Origin: Candidatus Multivoradales bacterium
GTDB lineage: Bacteria; Acidobacteriota; Thermoanaerobaculia; Multivoradales; J023
Assembly: GCA_965248925.1 (NCBI GenBank)
Contig: CBDFLE010000006.1
Location: 4,000,001 to 4,064,000, forward strand
DNA length: 64,000 nucleotides
Reading direction: 5' to 3'
This document shows positions 1-9,205 of the stretch, one piece after another. The notes below the pieces were generated by a model. That model saw nothing but the letters and a program-made list of their open reading frames with translations, did not search any database and had not been told where the DNA came from. A program made the position numbers and the translations under genes. Positions within the stretch are counted from its first letter, which is position 1; the number at the start of each line of letters is the position of its first letter.

Positions 1-1795
1 CTTGGCGGGCCGCCTCCAGCTTTTGCTGGGCGTCTTTCTGCTCGATAACTCGAGTGCCGCCGAAGACCACGATGGTTGAGCGAACGCCGTGTTCGACCTG
101 CAGCAGCTGGGCTTTGGTGTACTCCAGCTGTAGACGCACGCCGCGCAGCTCCGCGCGCTGCAGCAAGGCGAGGTCGGCGTTGGGTAGGCGGTAGGAAGCA
201 CTCTCCATCAACGCTTCGACTCTCTCTGGCGCCGCGGCGTCGAGGGTGGCGGATTTGGGTCGACTGTCGGGCAGGGGCTGGCAATGGCGCGGCGGGATCG
301 GTGACGGCCTCTTGGTTGGCTTGCTGGGTTGAGCTTTGGCGGCCGCTGATTTGCGGCGTTTTGGGCGCGGCGGATCGGCCTTCTTGAGCTCCTCCAGTAG
401 GTCGATCTCGTCGTGCTGCTGGGGAATGAAAGTCTGGCAGCCGAACTGCTCTTCCAAGTGGCCGGCCAGAGCCTCGGCCGAGTCGGTTTCGCCATGTACC
501 AAGCAGACCAGCTTGGGTGGTTTCGGCGCACTGGCCACCCACTGCAACAACTCGTCGCGGTCAGCGTGCCCTGACAGGCCGCGGAACGATAGGCATTGGC
601 ACCGCACCGGGATGTATTGGCCGTGGATCTTGACTTGGCGTTTGCCGTCGGTGAGCTGTCGGCCGCGGGTGCCTGGCGCTTGGAAGCCAGCCAGCATTAC
701 CAGGTTCTTGGAGTCGGGGGCAAGGCGTTTGAGATGGTGCAGCACCCGGCCGGCGGTCAACATGCCGCTGGCGGAAATTATGATCCGCGGCCCCTTCATG
801 TTGTTCAGCTCGATCGAGTCCTGCACCGAGCGGTGGAAGTGGACATCTTCCGGGAACAGCCGCAGGCGGCCGTCTTCGAGCACGTCCGGGTCGAGGTTGC
901 GGCGGTTCAAGAAGCGGCTGTAGATCTTGGTTGCGTTGATCGCCATTGGGCTGTCGATGTGGATCGGGACCTGCGGAATCGAGCCGTCGCGCATCAACCG
1001 CCGCAGCATCAAGCTGACTTGCTGTGAACGGCCGACGGCGAAAGCTGGAATCAACACTGTACCGCCGCGGCCCAGGGTCTTGTTGAGCGGCTTGCCCACC
1101 TGTTCCAGCATGCTGGTGCTGACGTGCTGACGCTGGCCATAGGTCGATTCTAGGATCAAGACATCACAGCTTGGCAGCGGCTTGGGGTCGAGGTGCAGGG
1201 GCATTTCGAAACGGCCAATATCACCGCTGTAGACCAGGCGCAGACCCTGGTTGCGTAGCTTGGCCTCGATTTCGATGAAGGCGGCGCCCAGCAGATGCCC
1301 GGAGTTGTGAAAGCGGGCTCGGATGCGGTCCCCCTTGATCAGCGACAACCAGCGCTCGTAGGGCACGCTGCGGCGCAGAATGAGTGCTTTGGCGGCGTCT
1401 TCAGCGTCGAAAAGGGGCAGCGCGGGCTTGTGTTTGCTAAAGCCCTTCTTGTTGGCGTAGCGGGCATCTTCTTCTTGGATCTTAGCGGCATCGAGCAACA
1501 TCAGCTCGGCCAGCTCGAAGGCCGCCGGGGTCATGTGTACCGGTGCCGTCAAGCCGAGTTTGACCAGCCTTGGCAAATAACCCACATGATCGATGTGGGT
1601 GTGCGACAGCAGCACATGATCGATGCTCTTGCAGTCGAACCCGGGGGATTCCCAATTGCGCAAGCGGAGCTTCTTGCGCCCCTGGAACATGCCGGCGTCG
1701 AGCAGAATGTTGGTCTTGCCGACGCTGAACAGGTGTTTCGAGCCGGTGACGGTGCCAGCGGCACCATGGAATGCTAGACGGATGCTGTTGCTCAA
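1..1795 (-). CDS. MBL-fold beta-CASP metallo-hydrolase (putative ribonuclease) fused to a C-terminal LOG/SLOG-family domain; runs off the window edge
   Basis: Manual translation from TTG at 1795 (AAGGAG upstream): FHGAAGTVTGSKH, SHTHIDHVG, SGHLLG, YSGDIG, ESTYG, PAFAVGRSQ, SGHAD, VHGE. Then a Pro/Lys linker and, in the same frame, SYRL..DLALL..ELRGVRLQLEY..STIVVFGGTR (LOG-family N-terminus). Absent from the ORF track, consistent with no stop in the window. Confidence 0.85.
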   Translation of the reverse strand, partial: MSNSIRLAFHGAAGTVTGSKHLFSVGKTNILLDAGMFQGRKKLRLRNWESPGFDCKSIDHVLLSHTHIDHVGYLPRLVKLGLTAPVHMTPAAFELAELMLLDAAKIQEEDARYANKKGFSKHKPALPLFDAEDAAKALILRRSVPYERWLSLIKGDRIRARFHNSGHLLGAAFIEIEAKLRNQGLRLVYSGDIGRFEMPLHLDPKPLPSCDVLILESTYGQRQHVSTSMLEQVGKPLNKTLGRGGTVLIPAFAVGRSQQVSLMLRRLMRDGSIPQVPIHIDSPMAINATKIYSRFLNRRNLDPDVLEDGRLRLFPEDVHFHRSVQDSIELNNMKGPRIIISASGMLTAGRVLHHLKRLAPDSKNLVMLAGFQAPGTRGRQLTDGKRQVKIHGQYIPVRCQCLSFRGLSGHADRDELLQWVASAPKPPKLVCLVHGETDSAEALAGHLEEQFGCQTFIPQQHDEIDLLEELKKADPPRPKRRKSAAAKAQPSKPTKRPSPIPPRHCQPLPDSRPKSATLDAAAPERVEALMESASYRLPNADLALLQRAELRGVRLQLEYTKAQLLQVEHGVRSTIVVFGGTRVIEQKDAQQKLEAARQ

Positions 1796-1922
1796 GATCG
1801 CTCCTTCCCTCTCCCGGGGATCTCTCACCGCCGCCGCGGTCACGGGGTGGCGCATTTCGAAGTCTTCTTCGTTGTTGCAGGCTAACATGCGATCTGTCTT
1901 TGGCCGCGCCGGATGGTCTCCC

Positions 1923-4160
1923 TCAGACGAGTTCGATCAAGGCACCGTCAGAACGTGCCGGGCAAGTGTGTCCGATCACTGTAGCGGCCGCGTGTCCTGT
2001 GGTTTGCAGCTCGGCGATGGCGCTGCTGGCCGCCGCCGGGTTGAGGCCGATCAGCAGGCCGCCACTGGTTTGCGGATCAAAGAGCAGCTCGCTCCTGGGG
2101 TTGGAAGTCTTGGTCGATGACGTCAGCCGTCGCCGCCCGGCCGCGGTGTTGGTGTCGTGAAAAGTGCTCTTTATTCCCTGTTCTAGCAACTCCAGGGCTC
2201 CGGGCAGGGCCGGTAGACGATCCACTTCCAACCGCGCCGAGAGGCCCGAGGCTTGCAGCATCTCCCCGAGGTGACCAGCAAGGCCAAAGCCGGTGATATC
2301 GGTGGCGCCGCGGGCTCCGTGCCGCAAGGCGATCTGGGCGGCCTGTTGGTTGGTCAGTTGTAGTGAGGCCAGCGTGCTCTCGAGCCAAGAGCCGCGGGCC
2401 CGTCCACGCATGTCGGCTTGCAACAGCACGCCGGTGCCGAGGGGCTTGGTGAGCAATAGGGCTTGCCCTGGTAGCAAGGCATCGATGCGCAGCAGGGGCG
2501 CGGACGAGGGCGCCAGGCCGGAGACTTGGAAGCCCACTAGTAATTCGCCGGCGCTGATCGTATGGCCGCCGAGCAAGGTCACGCCGAGGGGCTCGAAGAC
2601 GGCTGTGGCGCCGGCCAGTATCTGCACCAACACCTCTTCGCTAGTGGCGTCGTCGAGTTCGGCCGGCAATGCCACCAGAGCCAGCGCGTGAGTGGTCTCG
2701 ACACCGGTGGCCCAGAGGTCGGACAGTGCATTGACCGCCGCTACCCGGCCGACCAGGTAGGGGTCGTCGGTGAAGGCGCGGAAGGCATCGATGCTAGAAA
2801 CCAGCAGGTCTCCACCAGGGGTGACTACCACCGCGGCGTCGTCCGGCGTCTCTAAGCCGAGAACCACGCTCGGATCCGGGGTGCCTGGCCTGAGCCGGTC
2901 GAGGGCCCGAGTGAGCACGCTCTGGCCTATCTTGGCGGCGCAGCCACCGCAGGCCATGGGCTCGTCGGAGTCGTCCATTTGTGCCATGTCGGCGAAGAGC
3001 GGCAGCAGCCTACCGGCGCCATCCAGCACCTGAAAACGGCGCATGAAGCGGCGGTCGATCCAGTCCTTGAGCCGCATCACCCAGGCGCCGGCGAAGGAAA
3101 ATCCGCGTTTGCCGCCGATCGCTTCACCGTTGCCCAGATTTAACAGGGTGAGGAAGTCCCTCTGCGGTCGATAGGGCCGCAGCGGTCGGCCATCCAAGGC
3201 GGCCCGTAAGTTGGCTCCCAGGTAGGGGCCTTGACGCACCGCGTAGACCCCGGCCTTGGCGGTGTCGGGATGCTCGATCATGGTGGCACAATCACCCACC
3301 GCGAACAGCTCGTCGTGGCCGACCACTTGCAAGGTCGAGCGGATCTTGACGAAGCCACGCCGGTCGGTGGGCAAACCGGAGTTGCGAAAAATGGGCTGGC
3401 TGATCGCGCCGGTGACCCATAGCAGCAGGTCGGTGGCCAGGCGTTCGCCGCCTTCCAACTCGACCTCGCCGGCGTGGGCTGCCGCCACGCGGGTGTCGCA
3501 GCGCACTTCGATGCCGGCCGTCTGAGCGTGGTGCTCGACCCGCTGCCGCAAACCGTCCGGGTAGTCTGGGAGGAGTTGTCGGCCGGCTTGCAGCAAGCTG
3601 ACCTCGACCGCTGCTCGAGTCTCGGCCAGCAGGCGTTGGCGCAAGGTGAAGGCAAGTTCGACCCCACCGGCGCCGCCTCCCACCACTACTACTCGCAGTG
3701 GCTGGTTCTGCGATCTCTGGCGCAAGCCGACCAGAAGTTCGTCAATCCTTCGCACGAAGCTGGCGATCGGGCGGGTCGGCAAGGAGTGTTGCCGGATGCC
3801 GGGAAGATCCAGACCCGCGACGGTGGAGCCGATGTCGAACGATGCCAAGTCATAAGCGATGTCGGGACGGCCTTCGAGGGCGATCCGGCGGTGCGGAGCA
3901 TCGATGCCAACGGCTCGCGCCAAGATCACCCTAGCGCCTGCTTGGCGGGCTAGCGGCACCACGTCGATCTCGATTTCCGCGGCACTGTACTGGCCGGCGG
4001 CGAAGCCCGGCACCATGCCTGAATAGACCGCTATTGGCGTATCAACCACCAGGGTCAAGTGCAGGTCGCCGCGCGGTTTCATCGTCAGTTGGCGCAGGAT
4101 CTGAACGTGGGTGTGGCCGCCACCCACCAGGACGAGCTCGCGTTGGCTACGGGTATTCAT
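1923..4160 (-). CDS. selD: Selenide, water dikinase fused to N-terminal FAD-dependent pyridine nucleotide-disulfide oxidoreductase
   Basis: LVLVGGGHTH and VVGGGAGG Rossmann motifs; MACGGCAAK, DDAA, NALSDLWA, GGHT, TKPLGTG, TDITGFGLAGHL, DPQTSGGLL. Start moved to the internal Met (MNTRSQ). Confidence 0.92.
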   Translation of the reverse strand: MNTRSQRELVLVGGGHTHVQILRQLTMKPRGDLHLTLVVDTPIAVYSGMVPGFAAGQYSAAEIEIDVVPLARQAGARVILARAVGIDAPHRRIALEGRPDIAYDLASFDIGSTVAGLDLPGIRQHSLPTRPIASFVRRIDELLVGLRQRSQNQPLRVVVVGGGAGGVELAFTLRQRLLAETRAAVEVSLLQAGRQLLPDYPDGLRQRVEHHAQTAGIEVRCDTRVAAAHAGEVELEGGERLATDLLLWVTGAISQPIFRNSGLPTDRRGFVKIRSTLQVVGHDELFAVGDCATMIEHPDTAKAGVYAVRQGPYLGANLRAALDGRPLRPYRPQRDFLTLLNLGNGEAIGGKRGFSFAGAWVMRLKDWIDRRFMRRFQVLDGAGRLLPLFADMAQMDDSDEPMACGGCAAKIGQSVLTRALDRLRPGTPDPSVVLGLETPDDAAVVVTPGGDLLVSSIDAFRAFTDDPYLVGRVAAVNALSDLWATGVETTHALALVALPAELDDATSEEVLVQILAGATAVFEPLGVTLLGGHTISAGELLVGFQVSGLAPSSAPLLRIDALLPGQALLLTKPLGTGVLLQADMRGRARGSWLESTLASLQLTNQQAAQIALRHGARGATDITGFGLAGHLGEMLQASGLSARLEVDRLPALPGALELLEQGIKSTFHDTNTAAGRRRLTSSTKTSNPRSELLFDPQTSGGLLIGLNPAAASSAIAELQTTGHAAATVIGHTCPARSDGALIELV

Positions 4161-4270
4161 TGTCGATGGATCTCGCTCTGCGTGTCCGGCATTGAGGCTG
4201 TTGCTGAGAAGTAGGTGGCAGATTATTCCACGCCGAAGGGCGCGGGTCAGGAGGGGCAGGACCTCTGGTA

Positions 4271-4522
4271 GTGTTTCGCCGCGACAGCAGAGAGTTGCGG
4301 GTATCACCGACGATACGGGGCCAGCAGAAGATGCGGATGGGTCCAACCAACCCACATACCGCGCGAATTTCGGTAATCGCCCTCACTGCCCATGCCATGG
4401 CCGGCGATCGGCAGCACGCGCTAGCCGCGGGTTGTGACGAGTTCGAGACCAAGCCGATCGAGTTCCCCCGCTTACTGGCCAAAATTGCTGCCTTGGTGGC
4501 CAGCGGCGAAGGGGCAGAATGA
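4271..4522 (+). pseudogene. C-terminal fragment of a single-domain response regulator
   Basis: VIALTAHAMAGDRQHALAAGCDEFETKPIEFPRLL is the second half of a receiver domain; the N-terminal half is absent. Confidence 0.7.
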
Positions 4523-5280
4523 GTGATTCGCGCGAGATCGCTGGTGGCCTTGACCGCACCTGGCTAAGCAGCTTGCACCAAGACCTGTCGGCGTCAGTGG
4601 CGCGGCGTCAGTGGCGGCCCTGCGGCAATTTGCTAGCTTGCTCTTCGAAGAAGTCGCGGCCGATGCCCCCGGCGGCTTTGTCGCTGACCTCGGCAAGATC
4701 CGTCGCGCTGGCAGAGCCCGGCGCTGGACGGCAAGGCAGTATGACCCGCCTGACCGACAGCCTGCCGGCGATCCCTGATCTGAGCCGGCCGCAACCCCTC
4801 GAACGAATTTCGGGAAGGGTGCTGGTGGTGGACGATACGCCGCTCAAGCGCGAGGTTCTGACCCATCGGTTGGAGCGTCAGGGGCACCAAGTGGGTACGG
4901 CGGTCAACGGTCGCGAGTCTCTCGAAGAGCTAGAACGCGAGGCTTACGATCTGGTGCTGCTCGACGCGCATCTGTGCTCTTGCTTGGAGAAGAAACAGTT
5001 GCGGGATTGCGAGCAGCTAGGCGATGCCTTCATGGCCGCAGCCGGCCTGCTCGAAGAAGTCGAGAATCCAGTGCTCAGCTGCGTGCGTTGCGGGCTCGAC
5101 ATCATCGCCGCCTGTCGCGGTCTGAGTTCCGGCTGGCAGGTGCGTGTGGGCATCCACTGTGGCGATGTGGTGGGAGGGGTGGTCGGCGACCGCAAGTTCC
5201 TTTTCGACATCTGGGGCGACACCGTCAACACCGCGGCGCGAATGGAAAGTCACGGAGAGGTGGGCAGCGTCATCCTCAGC
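4519..5280 (+). pseudogene. Internally deleted receiver + class III adenylate/guanylate cyclase gene
   Basis: RVLVVDD..YDLVLLD joined directly to CLEKKQLRD, then LGDAFMAAAG..RVGIHCG..FDIWGDTVNTAARMES; homology stops where the convergent ABC1 gene ends. Confidence 0.75.
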
Positions 5281-7006
5281 CGAACCAACGGCGCAGCAAA
5301 TTCCACCCCCACAGCACCAGCGCTAGGCCGAGCAAGCCGAACGCCAGCCAGCGTTCGTGGGGATAGAACAGGGCACCGGCAATCAGCGCGGCGGAGGCGG
5401 CCATGGTATTGCCCAGACCGTCGATGGACTTCTCCATGCGGCGCAGTTGGCGGCGGCTGTCGGGGGCCAGAGAGGCGCGCACCACCAGCCTGCCGCGGCT
5501 CGCTTGGGCGGCCACTTGGCCGAGGTCCGAGGGCAGGCGGGAGAGTCGCTGAGTGTCGACCAGCAGATCGCGCAGGCGCTCGCTCCAACCCGCGGCGAAT
5601 TCTCCGGCCAGGCGCTCGGCGAAAGGCAGGGTTTCGAGCCAGGGGTTGAATTCGGCATCGAGGCCGGTGGTCAGGCCGGTGAGCAGTTCGATGGCCCGGC
5701 CGGTGAACGTCAGGTCGGTCTGGATCTGAATCGGAGTCTCCAGGATCAGCTGTCTGAACTCCAGCAAGAGAGCCGCCGCTTCGCTCTTGACCAGATTGTT
5801 GAGACGGCTGACATCGGCGCCCCAGAATTTGTCGAAGGCTTGTTCGAGGGCCTCTTCGAGCTGTATCAGATCAGCCCCTGGCAGCAGCAGGCCGCTGTCG
5901 ACGCAGGCGCGGATCACCAGGCTGGCGTCGCGGCTGCCGAGGCCGACCAAGAACTTGCGCAAGGACGCGCGCAGGCGTTCCGGGATCTCCGCCACCATGC
6001 CGAAGTCGACGAACACAATCTGAAAAGACGGCTCGCCCGCGTTGCTTCCGGGCAACGGTCGCACGAAGAGGTTGCCGGGATGGGGATCGGCATGCACGAA
6101 ATTGTGCACGAAGACCTGCTCCATATAGACCTGATAGAGCTGCTTGGCGAGTTCTCGCGGGTCGATGCCGGCGGCTTCCAAAGCGGCCGCATCATCTACC
6201 TTGATAAAGGCTACGTTTTCCTCGGTCAGCACTCGGCGGCTGCTGGTCGACCAGTAGATAGAAGGGATGTAGACCCTGGGGTCCTCGGCGAAGCACTCGG
6301 CAAAGCGCTCGGCGTGGGTACCCTCTGATCGCAGATCGAGTTCGCGGCGAGTGGTTTGTTGGAATTCGTCGATCAGCGCATCGAGGTCGACCCGCCGGTG
6401 GACGAAGCGCCAACCCTTGAGCCAGCCGAGAGCCAAACCTACCGCCGCCAAGTCGGTCTCTACCAGCACATCGATGCCCGGTCGGAGCACCTTCAACACC
6501 ACCTCTTCGCCGCTGATCAGCCGCGCCGCATGCACCTGCGCCAGCGATGCCGCACCGAGGGGTTCGCTTTCGACCGCGGCGAAGAGTTCACCCAGCGGGC
6601 CGCCGAGCTCACGTTCGATCTCGGCGGCGATCAGGGCGAAAGAAACCGCCGGCACCTCGTCCTGCAGTCCTTTGAGTTCGCGAGTGACTTCCGATGGCAG
6701 CAGATCGACTCTGGTGCTCAAATACTGCCCCAGTTTGATCAACACGCCGCCCAACTCGACCGCCAAGCCGCGGTAGCGCACCGCGATCCGTCGCCAGCGG
6801 CCCCGCGGATCGCGGCGTAGCCAGCGCAGGCCAGGGCTGCGCATCAAGAAGTCCCAGAACAAGATATGCAGAAAGACCCTGGCGAAGAATCCACGCACCC
6901 GGAGGTAGCGTCGGCGGTCGATGGCGGGGGAAGGCGGATCTGGAGCGACAGCGTCCGGCGGTGCCGTCGAGCGCTCGGGTCGTGGGGGCTGGTCAGGCTG
7001 CGTCAT
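5276..7006 (-). CDS. AarF/ABC1/UbiB family atypical kinase
   Basis: IKLGQYLSTRVDLLP, LQDEVP, AASLAQVH, VLKV, HADPHPGN, VDFGMV; C-terminal TM helices. Confidence 0.92.
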   Translation of the reverse strand: MTQPDQPPRPERSTAPPDAVAPDPPSPAIDRRRYLRVRGFFARVFLHILFWDFLMRSPGLRWLRRDPRGRWRRIAVRYRGLAVELGGVLIKLGQYLSTRVDLLPSEVTRELKGLQDEVPAVSFALIAAEIERELGGPLGELFAAVESEPLGAASLAQVHAARLISGEEVVLKVLRPGIDVLVETDLAAVGLALGWLKGWRFVHRRVDLDALIDEFQQTTRRELDLRSEGTHAERFAECFAEDPRVYIPSIYWSTSSRRVLTEENVAFIKVDDAAALEAAGIDPRELAKQLYQVYMEQVFVHNFVHADPHPGNLFVRPLPGSNAGEPSFQIVFVDFGMVAEIPERLRASLRKFLVGLGSRDASLVIRACVDSGLLLPGADLIQLEEALEQAFDKFWGADVSRLNNLVKSEAAALLLEFRQLILETPIQIQTDLTFTGRAIELLTGLTTGLDAEFNPWLETLPFAERLAGEFAAGWSERLRDLLVDTQRLSRLPSDLGQVAAQASRGRLVVRASLAPDSRRQLRRMEKSIDGLGNTMAASAALIAGALFYPHERWLAFGLLGLALVLWGWNLLRRWFG

Positions 7007-7307
7007 CTGCCCGTCTTACCACAAACCCAGGGGGCGGACCGCGGGATCGCCAGCTGGAAGTGTTTGCAAGTTAAGTAGGGGACAAGAGCGTGCGCCACGC
7101 TCGTCGTGCTCTCCGGTTCTCCTGCCTAGGGTTGTCAACCGAAGATTTCACTGGCATAGTCTTTCCCTTCAGAGATTTTTCTCTGTGTGAAACAGTAAAG
7201 CTACAGGGAGATCGACTTAGAATGTGCGATCAGCCAATATGTTGGATACTCAAGGGCAGCTTGGTTCGAAGAGGTTGCGATAATCTCTGGATTTGTGGAG
7301 TTTTGAG

Positions 7308-7793
7308 ATGAGTAGGCGGTCTGGGCTCGCGGAGCCGCGTCAAGATGCCGAATTTCGCCACGCGATCGATGCTTTGTCTGAATACCGTCAGGTCAACAAG
7401 ACTCAGATCGCTCGGGCGGCGGGATTGGCGGTCTCGGGGTTAAAACGTGCTTACTCTGGCAAGGGTTCGATGACCTCGCTTAAGGTAGCGGCCATTTGTC
7501 GGCCCTTTGGGGTCAAGCGATCGGAGTTTTGGAAGTGGGGCGAAGATCGTCATGCGCTGAGTCTCAAGCACACTCTGGAGATGGAGAAACGGCGCTTGCA
7601 ACAAGCCGATCCGGAAGCTATCGACTTGGCGCTGGCCCGCTTGATCGAGGTCGATGCGGAGGTCGGTAAAGACATGCTAATGCGCCACTTGACCCGCCTT
7701 GATGCGGGGTTGGGAGAGGCCATTGCCCGCAGTCTGGAGGAGATCGAGCGCGACGACAGGCTCAGGCGTAGGCCACCGCAGGTTGGCCGCTGA
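7308..7793 (+). CDS. Putative XRE/Cro-like HTH protein
   Basis: NKTQIARAAGLAVSGLKRAYSGKGSMTSLKVAAICRPFGV resembles an XRE HTH; GGAG before ATG 7308. Confidence 0.55.
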   Translation: MSRRSGLAEPRQDAEFRHAIDALSEYRQVNKTQIARAAGLAVSGLKRAYSGKGSMTSLKVAAICRPFGVKRSEFWKWGEDRHALSLKHTLEMEKRRLQQADPEAIDLALARLIEVDAEVGKDMLMRHLTRLDAGLGEAIARSLEEIERDDRLRRRPPQVGR

Positions 7794-7829
7794 GGGCGGA
7801 TGGTGAGATCGATCCGTTAAGGTTGATGG

Positions 7830-8255
7830 ATGAGTTCGCGCCGGCCGACAGGATTTTTCAGCACCGTTCGCTTTTTCAGCATCACTCTGTGGCGCGGCTT
7901 GCGTCGCCGCTGTCCCCATTGTGGTCACCAGACTCTCTTTCGCAACTGGTTCTCCATCCATGAGAGCTGCTCCCACTGCTCCCTGCGATTCGAGGAGTCT
8001 CCCGGCGATATCTGGGGTTTTTGGCTGATTGGCGATCGGGTCTTTCTGGGCTTGCTGATCCTGGCGCTCTTTGTGGTTTTTCAGCCCAGAGAATGGCCTC
8101 TCGGGGGCCTATTGATGGTCATGACCTTGGTGCCCCTGCTGGGGACCATGCCGCATCGATTGGGCTTCTGTCTGGCGCTCGACTATCTTTCGCGGGTCTA
8201 TCTGCATAGCGGTAGGCTGCCGCCAGCTGTCGGCGAGGATTCGGCCGAAGGATGA
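7830..8255 (+). CDS. DUF983-like membrane protein with zinc ribbon
   Basis: RGLRRRCPHCG..LF..CSHC..FE followed by two TM helices. Confidence 0.75.
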   Translation: MSSRRPTGFFSTVRFFSITLWRGLRRRCPHCGHQTLFRNWFSIHESCSHCSLRFEESPGDIWGFWLIGDRVFLGLLILALFVVFQPREWPLGGLLMVMTLVPLLGTMPHRLGFCLALDYLSRVYLHSGRLPPAVGEDSAEG

Positions 8256-8302
8256 AGGGCGTTGACCCTCCAATCGAACCTCTGTAGCCTGCTCCCTCGA
8301 AG

Positions 8303-9193
8303 ATGCCCCGAACCGAGATTCCAGCGATCGAATTCAGTGTCGTCGTGCCCTGCTTCAATGAGCGTGACGCAGTGCGCCAGACTGTGCGTGCCCTCGAAGA
8401 GGGGCTCGCGGGTCACGGCGAATACGAGCTGATCTTCGTCGACGATGGCTCCACCGATGGCACCGGCGAAGAGCTTGATCAAGCGGTTGCCGAACACCCG
8501 CGGTTGCGGGTCTTCCATCACCCTGCCAACCGAGGCTACGGCGCCGCCCTCAAGACCGGCCTGCGGCGCGCGGCGAGCGACACGGTGGTGATCACCGATG
8601 CCGATGGCACCTATCCCAACGAGCGCATCCCGGATCTGCTGGCGCAGCTAGGCGAAGCCGACATGGTGGTCGGCGCGCGACTTGGCGCCGAGGCTCCGCA
8701 AGCCTTGCCCCGGCGCTTTGCCAAGTGGTTCTTAGAGCGTTATATGGCCTGGTTGGCGGCGCAGCCAATTCCTGACATGAACTCCGGGCTGCGCGTTTTC
8801 CGCCGTTCCTTGGCCGAGCGATTCATCAACATCTTGCCCGACGGATTTAGTTTCACCACCACCATCACTCTGGCGATGATGACCAACGGTTTCGTCGTCG
8901 ACTACCTGCCGATCTCCTATGCCCGGCGGGTCGGCCGCTCAAAGATCCAACCCATCCGCGACACCCTGCGGTTCATCCAACTGATCGTCCGAACCGGCAT
9001 GTACTTCGCTCCGCTGCGGGTGCTCGCCCCGGTTCTGGTGTTGCTCGCCCTGATCACCTTTGCGGCCCTGGGCTACGATATCTGGGTGCTGCACAACCTC
9101 ACCGACAAGTCGATCCTGCTGCTGCTAGCGACCCTCAACACCGCCATGTTCGCCCTGCTGGCGGACATGATCGACAAGCGGCTGGGGCGCTAG
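8303..9193 (+). CDS. Glycosyltransferase family 2
   Basis: SVVVPCFNE, VDDGSTDGT, NRGYGAALKTG, DADGTY, DMNSGLR; C-terminal TM helices. Confidence 0.93.
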   Translation: MPRTEIPAIEFSVVVPCFNERDAVRQTVRALEEGLAGHGEYELIFVDDGSTDGTGEELDQAVAEHPRLRVFHHPANRGYGAALKTGLRRAASDTVVITDADGTYPNERIPDLLAQLGEADMVVGARLGAEAPQALPRRFAKWFLERYMAWLAAQPIPDMNSGLRVFRRSLAERFINILPDGFSFTTTITLAMMTNGFVVDYLPISYARRVGRSKIQPIRDTLRFIQLIVRTGMYFAPLRVLAPVLVLLALITFAALGYDIWVLHNLTDKSILLLLATLNTAMFALLADMIDKRLGR

Positions 9194-9205
9194 GGGCCTA
9201 AGCTG

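Noticed and set aside
1923-4160. Selenocysteine recoding in selD
   Set aside because: The active-site motif has Cys codons and there is no in-frame TGA.
4161-4355. N-terminal extension of SelD in the ORF track
   Set aside because: No homology before MNTRSQ; overlaps the opposite-strand regulator remnant.
5281-5649. C-terminal part of ORF 4519..5649
   Set aside because: Read-through antisense to the ABC1 kinase after cyclase homology ends.
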